From: Felis catus
Taxonomy: Eukaryota
Reading direction: 5' to 3'
Length of the DNA stretch: 64,000 bases
NCBI RefSeq assembly: GCF_018350175.1
Contig: NC_058368.1
Location: forward strand, 10,726,001-10,790,000
Shown: one piece after another, positions 50,640 to 64,000 of the stretch
Layout of the letters: each line of letters opens with the position of its first letter
How positions within the stretch are numbered: the stretch's first letter is position 1
The notes under the pieces: model-generated
Databases searched by the model: none
The model's input: the letters and a program-made list of their open reading frames with translations, nothing else
What the model was told of the DNA's origin: nothing
Position numbers and translations under genes: made by a program

Positions 50640-51570
50640 TTTTTTTTTAATCAACAGACTTTATTTTAAGAGAAGTTTTAGGTTTACAAAAGAATTGAGT
50701 AGAAAGTACAGAGTTCCCATATTCCTGTCACAACTGATGAGCCACTATTAACATATTAAGGCTCACAGCATACATTGGGATGTACTCTTTGTGATGCACA
50801 TTCTAGGAGTTTGGACACATGCACAGTGATGTACATCTACCATTAGAAAGTCACACATAATAGTTTCACTGTACTAAAAACCCTTTGGGTTCCACTTGTT
50901 CATCCCTTTCTCCCTGCACCTCCCTCCCAAACCCATGGCAACCACTGACCTTTTATAGTTTTATATTTTCAATATGTCATACAGCTGGAATCATAGAGGA
51001 TGTAGCCTTTACAACTAGCTTCTTTTACTTAGCAATATACATTTAAGATTCTTCCATATCTTTTCATGTCTTGATAACTCATTTCTTTTCAGTGCCAAAT
51101 AATATTCCATTGCCTGGAGGAACCACACTTTATTCATTTATACACTACGAAGATCTTGATTGCATCCATGTTTGGGCAATTATGAACAGAGCTTCTATAA
51201 ATATCTGTGTGTGGGGTTTTGTGTGGACGTAAGTTTTCCTCTCCTTTGGGTAAATTCCAAGGAGTATGATTTCTGAGTGATATGTTAAAAGGACACAGTG
51301 TATTTGGTTTTATAAGAAACTGCCCAACTCTCTTCCAAAGTGACTATACCACTGTGAATTCTTACTAGCAATGGATGAGATTACAACATTGTAAATATTT
51401 GAGGTTGGCTATTCTAGGTCTCCTGCTTCTCCATATAACCTTTAGAATCAGTTTGTTGATATCCACAAAATAACTTGCTGGAAGTTTGATTGGGATTGCA
51501 CTGGATCTATAAATCAAATTGGGAAGGACTGACATCATAACAATAGTAAGTCTTCTGTGGAAAGTCACTC
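50640..51570 (-). mobile_element. L1MC-like 3' end plus ORF2 piece
   Basis: agttttaggtttacaaaagaattgagtagaaagtacagagttccc; ORF-track SVLPNLIYRSSAIPIKLP. Confidence 0.88.
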
Positions 51571-52005
51571 CCTTTATCTAGTTCAACTGTTGATGCTTAA
51601 AGTGTCTATTCATCCCTCTGTAGACTTAACCCTATGCAAAATTAAAAAGAAATGGGAAGTTTTATGTACACTCTGGAGAGGCAACCATGACAAGCTTCTC
51701 AGTGAGTGGGGTTATCAGAACAAAGGGGTATAAAGTGCAGAGGAAGAGGCAAATGAAAGACACAAGAGCATTTCCTTAGATGGTAGAAAAATGGATCTGT
51801 AAAACTCCATCTGTCCTGCATTCTTTAACTGGAGCACTTACAATGTCCTATAAACTTTTAGAAGGGGCTCAGGGACAGGGTGGGGGCTGCCCTATAGAAG
51901 TACATTCAACAGTTAATAAAGCATGGGGACTCAGAAAAAAAGTGATTATTCATAGAGTCAGAGTTATATCTTTGTATTTGTTACAGATTTCTATTCATTG
52001 TCATT

Positions 52006-52074
52006 TTCTTTTTTTTTAGTTTATTTTTGAAAGAGAGAGACACAGAGAGACAGAGAGAGTGCGAGCAGGGGAGG

Positions 52075-52130
<56 letters not shown>

Positions 52131-52263
52131 CCCAAGCAGGCTCTGTACTGTCAGCGTGGGGCCCAAGATGGAGCTTGATCTCATGAAACATGAAATTGTG
52201 ACCTGAGCTGAAATCAAGAGTTGGACGCTTACCTGTTTAACCAATGAAGCCACCCAGGCACCC
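52006..52263 (-). mobile_element. Can-SINE with expanded (GA)n
   Basis: TSD tcattgtcatt at 51995-52005 and 52264-52274. Confidence 0.95.
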
Positions 52264-52279
52264 TCATTGTCATTGTTTT

Positions 52280-52939
52280 GTTTTTGTTTGTCTTTGTATT
52301 CCATTCTGTTTCTGCCTTCTCTCATTTTAATTGCAAATTTTACATGCTTCTATTTTCTCTCTTCTCCTAGATCAATTTAGAACAATAAAACTAAAAGGTT
52401 TTATTTTACCTTCATATATACCTTCCCTAATGCTATTCCTTTCTTTATGTATATCTAAGTTTCTGACATATACAATTTTACTTCTTTCTGAAGAACTTCT
52501 TTTAACATTTCTAGCCAGGTTTACTGGCATCTGAAGTTTTGTTTGACTGAGAATGTCTTTATTTCTCCTTCACTTTTGAAGGATAATTTCACAGGATTCA
52601 AAATTCTAGGTTGATGGATTTTTTTTTTCTTTCAACACTTTCAATGTTTCACTCCATCCTCTTCTTGCTTGCATGCATTCTGAAGATCAGTCTAATGTCA
52701 TTCTTATCATTGCTCTACAGGTAAGGTGTTTTTTTCCTATAACTTTTGTCAAGATTTTCTCTTTGTGTCTGGTCTTCTGTTGCTTGAATATAGCATGCCT
52801 ATGTATGGTCCTGTACAATGTTCTCTGAGATTCCCAAGTCTGTGATTTCATGCCTGTCATTAATTTTGGAAAATTATCAGCCACTATTACTTCACACATT
52901 TCCTTTGCTCCTTTCTCTTTCCTTCTGGTATTTCTTATA

Positions 52940-52986
<47 letters not shown>

Positions 52987-54640
52987 AACCTTTTGTGGTG
53001 GTCCCACAGTTCTTGAACATTCTGGTTTGTCCCTTTCTCTCCCTTGTCCTCTTTGCATTTCAGTTAGGAAGTTTCCGCTGACATTTCTTCAAGCTTACTG
53101 ACTCTTTCCCTGGCCATGTCTATTCTACTGATGGGACCATCAAAGGCATTCTTCATTTTCATTACAGTGTTTTTGATTTCTAGCAGTTGCTTTTGTTTGG
53201 TTCTTAGAGATTTACATCTCCCTGCTCACATCACCCATTTGTGCTTGCATTTTGTCTACTTTTTCCATTAGAGTCCTTAGTATATTTATCATAGTTGTTT
53301 CAAATTCTTGATTTGATACTTCTAACATCTCTGGTATATCTGAGTGTAGCTCTGGTACTTGCTATCCCTCTTCCAAGTTGTTGGTTTTTTTGTTTTTGTC
53401 TTTTAGGATGCCTTGAAATTTTTTTACTGACAAGCTGAACATGACATACTGGGTAGAAAGAACTGAGGTAAACCAGCCTTTACCACAGTAGGAGTTGGGC
53501 TGTGTTTACTGTCATTACATAGGCGCACTATCGGCCGAATTTCCCTCCGGTGCCCTTGTTTTCATCTTTCCTGTCGCCTTTTGGTTTCCGTAGAGATTTC
53601 TTCTTGAATACGATGAGGCATGCAGTCCTTTCCACTGTAATCTTCTGTTATACAGGAGCCCTACTGATGTAATAGTATTAACGTGTATGTGTGTGTGTGA
53701 ATGGGAGTTGGTTCTATACTCTTACACTTAGGTTTCAGTTTTTTAGTAAGGCTGTGCCCTGGGCTGAGGCCTTTACAAGTGCTTCTCACTAACCACACTC
53801 CCTTGGGTGAGATAAGAGCACTAGAGGATATAAGAGTTGGATATTTCCCTTCTCCTACAGACAATTGGATACTTACCTTTCCGTAGACTGGTTATGCTCT
53901 GATAAAACAGTGTCCTTTGAGGACAGGCCCTTTCAAGAAATGGATTCTCAGGGCACCTGGGTAACTCAGTTGGTTAAGCATCCGACTCTTCATCTTGGCT
54001 CAGGTCATGATCTCACGGTTCATGAATCTGAGCTCCTCATGGGGCTCTGTGCTGGCAGCGTGGAGCCTGCTTGGGATTCCCTGTCTCCCTCTCTTTCTAT
54101 GCCCCTCCCCATCTCTCTAAATAAATAAATAAATAAACTTCTTTAAAAAAAAAGAAAAAAATTATCTGTGTGTATTTCAAAGTAGTTACCCTACCAGAAG
54201 CATGGGGAGATTTTTCTATAATCTTTACTGTGAGAATATGGTAGGCCTCCCAGAGGTAAAATTCACAAATGTATGGACTTTCCTAAGTCTAGGTCCCTGG
54301 AGTTTTTAACTCTCAATCCTTTCCACTCTGAGCCTCCGGCAATTCATCAGTTAAAGGTTAAATTTTCCCACCCTAATATTGGCTCCAGTGGTGGTTTCTG
54401 CTCCTGGGCTTGTATATAAGTTGTGATTCTACACATCAGTCTCTCTGTTCCTCCAATTTTGAGAGTAATGGTTTGCCCTGTAACCTCAATTCTCTAGTGG
54501 ATCTAAGAAAACTTCTTGATTTTCGGTTTCTTTAGGTGTGTGTGTGTGTGTTTGTGTGCACACGCATGCACGCGAGCGTGCATGTATGTGATGAGACTCA
54601 ACTGACAGTTTCTGAGTTCTTTACTACTAGAAACCAGAAG
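52280..54640 (-). mobile_element. Old L1 ORF1/5' region with (TG)n at 52944-52984
   Basis: ORF-track VADNFPKLM; antisense PRIL motif (aaaattctaggttg); boundaries approximate. Confidence 0.78.
53951..54153 (+). mobile_element. Can-SINE, older subfamily
   Basis: gggcacctgggtaactcagttggttaagc head; (TAAA)n tail. Confidence 0.93.
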
Positions 54641-54939
54641 TGCATCCATCCACTTGTTTTTGAAGTATTACTTCTGAAAAGATCACCTAAAGGAAGTCAC
54701 TGAATGAAGACACATCAACGTCGCAAATAACCTGTCATTCATTTTAAATTCAACATTTGTGTTTTTCGCAGGTGGCAACTATGAGGAATATTTAATTTTT
54801 TTCTTCTTTGTAGTGTTTTTCTTTGAGCAACAGTGAAACCAACTCACATTTGGCTAGTTATGTCGGGAGATCTGAATTACCACACCAATACCAAATTTCT
54901 AAATTACTCCAAGAATGCTTTAATGCCCCTTATATACTG

Positions 54940-55420
54940 CAAATATGGGATTATGTCACTATTTTGTTTCTCACTGCACTTAAACTTCAAATTCCTTACC
55001 ATGCTTATGAGGCCCTATATTATGTGGCTCTTTCCTATTCTTCACCGTCCCCTCCCATACACAGTACCACTATCATCTTTGTTCCTTCTGCTCCACACAA
55101 GCCAAACTCATTCTTACCTTAAGACTTTTGCGCTTATCATCTCTGCCTGGAATACTCCCACTCCGGACTTGGCATGACTGGTGTGTAACATCTCGTAACT
55201 CCTGTGTTGAGTCGATCGCCTCCCAGGGAATGCTTCCCTGTCTGTCCTATCTGAAATACTCAGTTTCAGCATTGTTTCCCACTTCCCTTCCAGGTAGGCT
55301 CTACCTGTTAGTCTGCTTTATTTTCATCATAGTTCATAAGACTATTGAGTATTTATTTATTAATACCCTTGTCAGTTTTGTTTGTTTGTTTTTTGCTTCA
55401 CCAATACACTGCAAAGACCA
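54940..55420 (+). mobile_element. L2 relic
   Basis: caaattccttaccatg...ctctgcctggaatactc motifs. Confidence 0.7.
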
Positions 55421-55659
55421 TACACAGCCTGAGCTGTCTTCCTTCTAATCTAACTCTGAACTTCCACCATGTCCCCCTCCTCCCATTGGCAGGCTTCGTA
55501 TCCAGATACAGAGATAGAGAATACCAAAGTTATCTAATCCTCCTTTCCTCCAAAATACTTCCCATTGCCCAGTGCTGCCAAATCAGGAGCAAATACATTG
55601 AACACTGAGTTAGAGAATGTTCCTCCTCTTTGCTCAAGGGGGATAGAATAGCTGAACAC

Positions 55660-56200
55660 TGTGGCAGCAGTTGCCTTCTCAATATCCATCCTCTATTCTT
55701 CCCTTCCAAGATAACTCCGCTTTGTTCAGGGAGATTATGTGTCCATCACTAGATGATGGATAACGATTGCTCTAAGGCCAGTGTGACAATTCTATTTTCC
55801 ACTTCTCCAGTCTCCTTTGTAGCCCAAGGTTATTATGACAGAGTTCTATCCAAGGAAGTCTATACAGAAGGCTGCTGGTGTTTCTGGGATGGCATTTGCA
55901 TTGTTTACAGTGAAAAGTGTCAGCAGCATTGTTTTTTGTTTTTTGGTTGTTTTTTTTGTTATTTTGTTTTTTTTTTTTCCTATATTCCCTCTTCTGCCTT
56001 GCTGGAGCTGTAACAGGTATTTAAATATCACCAAGGTAACAAGCCTGAGGTCAGAAGCTCCCACACCTAGGGGGATGAATATACAGGTAGAAAGAGCCTG
56101 AGGCTCTGCTGTTGTCACTCAACAGCTGAACACAAGCCAACACCACTTACCCGCAGACCTGTCATGTTATTATACATGTAAGGTATTCTTTTGCTTTTGG
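55660..56200 (+). mobile_element. MLT1I/J-like ERVL-MaLR LTR, decayed
   Basis: tgtggcag start; cagtctcctttgtagc and gaaagagcctgagg motifs. Confidence 0.6.
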
Positions 56201-58739
56201 ATCCACATATTCATATCCATACCGGAGCTAATAGTATACGATTCTTGGAAGCAAGTTACTGCAAGTTGGCTACAAGCCATAAAACATGACAAATGACTGA
56301 ATAGAGGAGATAGAGAAGTGGTGGGTGAGAATCCAAGCATTCGATGTTACAAAGCAGTGATCCTCACCGTGCAGCAGCAAAACATCTGGCTGAATTGTCA
56401 CCTGCTGAATCTTGGTGCATAGCTCTTTGCAATCTAGATTAAAAGTGTTAGGGCAAGCGATAGGAAAATGGAAGGTGGTATATAGCACTTTCTCTAATTC
56501 CTAAAATCACCTAGCCCATTTATTCTAATTCAATTAATCAGGCATAAGATTATATAAATTATAAATTACAAAATTAATTATTGCTGGATCAGAAGCATTA
56601 TTTTCTATGTAAATTCTAAAGTTCAACTTAGAAATCAGCTTATAAAGTAAGAAACTGCCTCCAGGAATGGCTTAGATTAGCAAGTTCGTGTTTTTAGTTA
56701 TTAAGTAAGCAGGTAATTACTTATCTGATTATTGACATCCAATAAGCATATTGGTACTAAATTGCTACCAAAGATTGGACAAGCAAAGATATTAACTTGA
56801 GTGGTTTATCAGTATTTTAGAAATAGGTGTCTTGGGAAAGAGTAATTTATCTTTTTGGTACTCTGAGACCCATGAATGTGTCAAAAGATCCAAAGTGTCT
56901 CACTTGCTTGCTCTTTGTTAATAGCCACTTCTCAAAAATATAGTTCTCAGGAGAGGGAGAGAAGACAGTTTCAATCTATAACAATTTCCTTTACCTCTGA
57001 TATGTGGAGTACAGGCTAGGGGACTCCCAGCAACATGAGGCAGTTGGGTTCCTTCAGTGACCCACAGCATAAGGACTGGAGAAATAGTGTACAGAGCACA
57101 ACACAGGGGAACTGGGAGCTTTCCCCCAGAAGACCTACATAGGCATGTCCACAGATAAATAAAACCAAATGCCCTGAGGCTCACCAGTCTAAGAGGAACC
57201 TGAACACACAACCTGAACTCCAAAAGTCAACACATCAGAAGAAACTCTCCAAATTTGTTGTTTCTACCTGGTTGCTCTTAAGTAAGACAATTCAGTCTGT
57301 CCACATTGTCCTTGTATTTGAACAAGGCTCTAACACACTGGGCACTTATTACAATGGATAGGGTTAAAAGGCTACTGTGCTCTTTGTTCTCCTCTTTTAT
57401 TTTTTAATGGAGCAGGGATTTGAATCATGGGATAGGAGAAAGGTCAGAGACAGCCCTCAGGTAAGTCAAGGAAAGAAGTAATTCTGAACCAAAGCTGCTC
57501 ACGATTGCATACTTTTTATTTCAGTACATTTTCCAGAACATTGCATCAGTTACTGCCAAAGGATATTTTTCTTTTGACCCTTCTAACAACTTTATCTGTC
57601 CCTTATCCATCTTAGCCATTAGCTAAGCTGAAACTCTCAGAATGAAACAGAAGTCCCTGACCATGGGATGGGCCTTTTCTGGCCAGGAAGTAACTTGTAT
57701 GTACTTCAGACCAGGCTGGCTATAGAAACAGAATTAAGACCAACGGATGGTGCCAAGCAGGTGATATAGGCCGAGAATTCCACTTCAAACAGATTCTAGT
57801 GGTCAATGGCACTAACGTTCATCAATGTGAATCCTGTTATATCACTGATCCCCTCAGAGTCAAGAAAGCACTTAAGATGAGCAAGGAATACTGAATAAGA
57901 CTCATGGAATCATTTTTAAAAGGAGGTGATTATGAGCACACTGTAGTACCTATTCAAGAAAAAGAATATCTGAGTGGCCTGTGAACTGGAATTTTAAGTG
58001 GAGTCTGAGTTTTCCATAAAGTCAAGAGTTAGAAAATAGAAAAACAATGTGAATGAGATTTATATTAAGACATTACCATGTGGGGTTATTTCCTTTATTT
58101 TTCCTTTGTCCTCTCAATTTCTAAAGAGTTGACTCTGAGCTTATGGTTTCATTCAGGTGGTGGGGTCAGTTGGAGAATTAGGATTGCCTGACACACAGGT
58201 CCTCTCTTGGTTGTACTTCCAAAAGCCTATGCCCAAAGGGAGGAGAGGATTCATGTGTATAGGGGAAGAAACATTTTAGAGAAGTAGAAGTGACTGTGGG
58301 GATCCCAACCCCAAACCTGACAGATTCTCCACAAACTGAGGAAAAGAGAGATAGACGTCTGAGTGTCCACAGAACAGAGGTGCTCTGGACTCTGCTTCTC
58401 AGTAACTTCTCTAGAAAGATGCTCCACTCTGGAGGGAATGCTGCATGCCATGCCTAGGAAAATGGACCAGATAGCCAAGGAAGTGCAGAAGTAGTGGAAG
58501 GACACTGCCATCAGAAGCAAGAGAATCTGAGAGCCAATGACCAATGACCGGGGTGTCCCTTGCCCCCAGGGCTTTGGAGCTGCATTAGAACCTTCTGCAA
58601 TGGCAGGACCTCAGAGGAGAGAAGGAAACATTGGAAATGCCTTTAATTAAGGGATTACAGTTGAGTTGCATGAAAGAAAAATTTTGAAGTTATATTTCTC
58701 TCATTTCTAAGTTTTTCACTGAGTTTTGTACCCACCGGA

Positions 58740-59740
58740 CTATTCCTTCCCAGTCAATCTCTGCAATCCCTGACCCCCACTGTAAGGTAACCACTATTTT
58801 GGTTGCTCTTCCAGACTTTCATACTAAATGGCATCACACACTTGTTCTCTTTAATGTCTGGCATCTTCTTCAGCATAATGTTTTCAAGTCTCAATTATGT
58901 TGTTATATGTTTAGAACATAGTGGTTTTTATTGCTAAGTTAAATTCCATTGGACTAATAAATAATTTGTCCATTCTGTTGATGACTGTTTGGGTTGTTTC
59001 CTGTTTTTGGTTTTAAAATGACTATAAAGATTTGTGTACATGTCTTTAGTTAAAAAAAAATACAATTCTAAATACGTCATGTATCAAAAAGAAACCACAA
59101 AGAATGATGATGAAAAAAACTTAAAATTGAATTACATCGAAAGCGTTACATAAAACTTGAGGGAATGCAATAAAAACAGTGCTTTGAAGAAAACTGATAG
59201 CCTTATATGCTATCATTTGTCATTTTTAGCCATAAAGAAGTCCATAGCCTAAAAACTTAATGATTAATGATTTATTCCCAACCATGAAGGAGTAACAAGT
59301 AACTTATCTTTCTGCTGTAAACAACCATAAACCTGTACAAAATATATGGAGTAACTATTTTCAGGCTACGGACAACAGGCAGCACCAAGTTATAAACTTT
59401 CAGAAAAAGAAACACACAACGCTCAACATTCATCCTGACTTTCCATCTGGGACACTTTTCAAACTGCAGCATAGAGAAGTGGTGCCCAAGCAGAATGTAG
59501 GGGATGGCAGAAAACGCAGAGATGGGAATTCAGTGCTCTGGAGGTAGCTGGGTGCAAGGCCAGGGAAGGTGGGGACTGCACTAATAAAGAACTTCAGAAG
59601 ACTGCACCGAACCCCACCTTGAGAGCTAGAGCAATACTAAGCAGAGTAAAGGCTCAGTGAGGCTCTGAGAGGCATGGTGGAGAATGGACGCCGAGTGGAG
59701 GGTGGAGGTTCTGCGGTGAAACAATGCTGGGAGATGTCTG
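58740..59740. mobile_element. Mosaic of old L1 fragments (minus 3' end, plus ORF2 and 5' pieces)
   Basis: aaggtaaccactattttg, cattctgttgatgactgtttgggttgtttcc, aacttgagggaatgcaataaaaacagtgct motifs. Confidence 0.6.
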
Positions 59741-59779
59741 AATGCTGAGTTGGTCCTTTTATACAGACAGTATTTGTCA

Positions 59780-61060
59780 GGATTCTCCTACATATTTACC
59801 AATTTATTGTCTACCATTCCGTCTTGCATCCCCAACTGTCCTTCCAGAATCATTTTCATTCTTTTTGAAGCCAATAATTAAAAGTTCTTTTGAAAGAAGT
59901 CTCTTGGGAGTAGACACTCCCGTTTTCTAAATTTATAAATATTTCATTTTACTTTGATCCCTGAATAACAGTTTTGTGGAGTGCTCAACTCCAGGTTGAA
60001 TCATTTCCTCTCCATATTTTGTAATTATTATTCCATTGGATTTTAAGTTCCATTTCTGCTGTGGAGAAGCCTGACCTCATTTACCATAGTCTGACTTCCT
60101 TTGTAGCCATTTGTAAGATCTTCCTTTACCTTTAGTATGTAGTTCCTCTGCATGTTTCTAGGCATAACCTTCTTTTCAGCGTCCTGTTTGAGATAAACTG
60201 TACTTCCTGGGTCCTCCAGGAAGTAGAAAAATTTTCGGTTATTATCATTTAAAACATTTCCCCTCCTCAATTTCTCTCTTTTATCTTCCTGAGACACCAA
60301 TCATTCATATGTTAGGTCTTTTCATTCAACCCGCCTTGTCTCTCAACCTCTCTTTCATACTTTCTTTCTTAATACCTCTCTTAGATAAATATTGGGTAAG
60401 TTCTTTAGATATAACTTCTCTTTAGCTGTATATGATCTATTGGACCCATCCATTGTTTTTTTTTTTAAATTTTTGTTAACATTTATTTATTTTTAAGAGA
60501 CAGAGAGAGACAGAGCATTAGCGGGGTTGGGGCAGAGAGAGAGGGAGACACAGAATCTGAAGCAGGCTCCAGGCTCTGAGCTGTCAGCACAGAGCCCGAT
60601 GTGGGGCTGAAACTCACGAACTGTGAGATCATGACCTGAGCTGAAGTAGGATGCCCAACCAACTGAGCCACCCAGGGGCCCCTCATCCATTGTTTTTTTA
60701 ACATTAACAATAATATTTTCCATGTCCAGAAATTCTGCTTCATTTTTTTAAGGTTCTCTATGAATTCCTGATATGTCATTATTATAATTTGTCCTTAAAA
60801 TGTTTATATAACTATTCTGCATTCTGTATCTGATTGCTCTAGTATCTACGGATTTAAGACCCTAAATTGGCTCTGTCATTGCACTCATAGTTTGTCTTTT
60901 CAACAATGTGGCAATTACTGTTTTTATAAGATCATGCTTACTTACAGTTCTTTATGCCTATGTGGAGAAACTTTATTCATACAGAGGCTATTTCTTCTTC
61001 TGAAAATAGTTCCTTGCCCTCTGGCTCCCCACTGTACCATTTCTCCAATTGGGAGAAGAC
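59780..61060 (-). mobile_element. HAL1/L1M-like relic
   Basis: Antisense ORF1-like motifs, T-rich; boundaries approximate. Confidence 0.6.
60463..60682 (-). mobile_element. Can-SINE (felid type)
   Basis: TSD catccattgttttttt at 60447-60462 and 60684-60699. Confidence 0.96.
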
Positions 61061-61089
61061 ACAGTAATTCTTCTTCCAGCCGATCCACT

Positions 61090-63070
61090 GACATTCATTC
61101 AACAAATTTTTATGAGCACCTCATTACATGCCTGCCACAATTCTAGGTGCTTGGGATATTACATAAGAAAAATATGGTAGGTCAAATTTTAAGAAGTGCT
61201 TTGGGGAAAATTAAAGCAGTTTTAGAGAATTGGAAACATTTATGCTGCTTGGGAAGACGTTTTGCAATTCTGAATAGGGTGGCGGGAGAAGCCCTCACTG
61301 AGAAATGACATTTGCGCAAAAGTGTCCATGAGATGCGGGAGGCAAGACATATGGATCACTGAGGGACGAGCATTCTGGGTGGGAGCAGCAGCAGATGCTA
61401 AGATGTATGCCTGCTATGTTGGAAGAATTACAAAGAGATCAACACAGCTGAAAAGGAGAGAGCGAGGGGGAGAGCAGTGGGCGATGAGGTCGAAGAGGAA
61501 GGAATATCAAATCCGTAGGGCCTGGAAGGCCACTGTAAAAATTCAGCCTTTTATTTGCATAAGATGGGAAGGCCTTGGTGGTTTTGAGTGGGACAGTGAC
61601 ATGATCTGTCTTGGGATCTATCAGGGTCACTCTGGGCTCTGTGTTAAGAATAAATCATAGGAAGGGAAAAGAGGTGGTGCAGGCAGATCAGTTACAAGGT
61701 CATTGTGATCATCCAGGTGAGAGGACAGAGGGGTTGACCAGTGTGTCAGCAGGGAAGTTCACCAGAAGCAATCAGATTCCCAATATAGTCCGAAGGCTGA
61801 GCCAACAAGATTTGCTGATGGATTAGACATGAAATGGGAAAGGAAGAGAGGGTCTGAAGGCAGCTCTGAGAGCCCAAACGACTGGCAGGATGGGGTTAAC
61901 ATTTCTTGAGAAGGCAAAGGCTGCCAGAGGAGCAGATATTGTAGGGGAGAAGGAAAAAGATACATTTTGGACATGGTAAGTTGAGATATTTATTAGACAC
62001 CCAAATGGAGACGTCAAGTAATTAGTCAGCTACATGAATTTGAAGTTCAGGGAGAAGTCTGAGCTGGAGATATGAACTGGAAATCTTCAGCATATAATAA
62101 TGCTTAAACCCACGGGGCTAGATGGGTCATCCTGAGACTGAATGCAGTTGGGGGGCAGGGGGAAAGGAGATGTAAGGACTAAACTTGTTCATACCCCAAT
62201 ATTAAAAAGTTGAGGGAAAGAGCAGGTAAAGAAGACTGAGACGCAGCAGCCATAATGGTAAAAGGAAAGCCAGGGGACGGGGTGCCTGGGTGGCGCAGTC
62301 GGTTAAGCGTCCGACTTCGGCCAGGTCACGATCTCGCGGTCCGGGAGTTCGAGCCCCGCGTCAGGCTCTGGGCTGATGGCTCAGAGCCTGGAGCCTGTTT
62401 CCGATTCTGTGTCTCCCTCTCTCTCTGCCCCTCCCCCGTTCATGCTCTGTCTCTCTCTGCCCCAAAAATAAATAAACGTTGAAAAAAAAAAAGGAAAGCC
62501 AGGGGAAGCACAGGAAGTGGTTCAAACAGGAAAAGAGTAATCAGCTTCTTCAAATGCGGCTGCGTGGTCAAAGGTGATGAAGTCTGAGATTTAACCTCAC
62601 TGAAGCGGGTTCAAGAGGGAATGGGAAAAGAAGAACTGGACAGCAAGTTGGGGTGATTTTAAAAACTTCCTATGCTGGAAAAGGGAGCCGGAAAAATGAA
62701 ATGGTCGGGTAGGAAAGGTGGGGCCAAGAGAGAGTTTTTACTTTTTAACAATTGCATTTTGTGCACTGATGAGAATGGTCCAGTAAAGAAGGAGAGGCAA
62801 GAGAGAGAAGGGGCATTTCTGAAGTGATGTCGTTGGGTAGGAGAGAAGAGATTGGCTCTTGTGCAGAGGGAAGAGCCACAGCTAGGAATGTAATAAGAGG
62901 GAGAGTAGGGCATATAGGTGCAGGTATTGGTATATGCAGGGATGAAAACTTGTGGAAGTCTTCCTCTGATTTATTAGTAAAGCAGCCTCAGGAAGATAAA
63001 CCACTTCCTTTTCCCGAGTCTTCGTGAAAGCAGTAAGGGAAGGGGATGAAGAGTTGTGAGCTGCCTGCTG
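61090..63070 (-). mobile_element. Long L2 fragment
   Basis: Begins cattcattcaacaaatttttatgagcacc; colinear motifs such as ttttggacatggtaagttgagatatttattagacacccaaatggaga. Confidence 0.88.
62279..62488 (+). mobile_element. Young felid SINE nested in L2
   Basis: Perfect 18-bp TSD aaaaggaaagccagggga at 62260-62277 and 62489-62506. Confidence 0.97.
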
Positions 63071-63079
63071 GAGTGTTGA

Positions 63080-63870
63080 AGAGCTGCCCCGACACCCACA
63101 AAGAGCTTCTCAGCAAAGGCTGATAGAAGTATTGAATTAAAGCATTTAAGGCATTCTCCATCCAATTCTTAGCTCATCACCAAGCTACCTGAACAGAGAC
63201 TTCAGTGATCGCACATGACTAGTTTAAAGAATTAGTCCAGAAAGGTCATAAACAAATTGCAACAACAGCAAAAGCAGCCCCTGTAAGGGAGGAAATCTCA
63301 TTTCCCAAATTGTCACATTAGATTACTGACAATGCCCAGTTTTCAACAAAAAATTATCAGACATGCAAAGAAATGTAGGGAAGTAATGCACGTACAGAGA
63401 ACAACAACAACAAAAAGCTGCCAATAAAGCTGCCCCCGGGGAAGCCAGTATTAGAATTACCAGAAAAAACAAAAAAGTTAAATCAGCTATTTTAAGCATG
63501 TTCAAAGGATTAAAGAAAACCATGTTCAAAGAATGTAAGTGATGTTTGCCAAATAGTGAATATTAATAAAAAAATAGAAATTTTAAAACAGAACCAAAGA
63601 GAAGTTTTGGAGTTTGAAGTAAAAAATTCACTAGAGGGGCTCAATAGCCAACTGAAATAGAAGAAAATAATCATAGAGCTTGAAGATAAATCAACTTAAA
63701 TTATCCAGTCAGGGGAATAGAATGAAGAAAAGAATGAAGAAAAATAAACAGAGCCTCAGAGACCTGTGGGACATTATAAACCATACGCGCATATGCATAA
63801 TGGGAGTTCTAGAAGAGAGGAAAAAGAGAAAGGGACAGAAAGTAGATTTGGAGAAATCATGGCTGAATGC
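63080..63870 (+). mobile_element. Old L1 5'UTR/ORF1 fragment
   Basis: aattcactagaggggctcaatagc and aacagagcctcagagacctgtgggaca ORF1 motifs. Confidence 0.82.
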
Positions 63871-64000
63871 TAGATTACCCCAAGGTCTATCTTATTTTTT
63901 GCTTTATCTTCTTGGAAATTTATATTCTTACCTTAAAGGACCATTACAAGTTGCAGAGACCTTATCTGATTCCTACCTTTTGGCTGCCAGCTTCACCAGT

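Noticed and set aside
1..64000. Prokaryote-style system (CRISPR array, operon, defence island)
   Set aside because: Mammalian repeat-rich DNA with no long ORFs and no regular repeat-spacer array; the recurring units of about 200 bp are dispersed SINEs.

Overview
This is mammalian, almost certainly felid (cat family), nuclear genomic DNA, identified by many Can-SINEs including six young SINEC_Fc-type copies. Most of the window is transposable-element sequence: about 22 Can-SINEs, two near full-length but dead L1s (12050-19064 minus; about 33900-41525 plus), older L1/HAL1, L2 and MIR relics, solo LTRs (MLT1, MER31, ERVL-type), an ERVL-like internal fragment, and DNA-transposon MITEs (MER44, MER91, MER5). 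I recognise no known protein-coding gene, RNA gene or CRISPR array, and most of the ORF track derives from SINEs, L1s or chance. The best non-repeat signal is a candidate minus-strand TATA promoter and first exon near 10.0-10.2 kb, with speculative 33-nt downstream exons. The oddest structures are both inside the plus-strand L1: a foldback palindrome at 36991-37129 and a foreign insert of about 530 bp at 37348-37874. Repeat family names are from memory of consensus sequences, not from a search. Boundaries without target-site duplications (TSDs) are approximate. I cannot confirm a novel biological system from the sequence alone.
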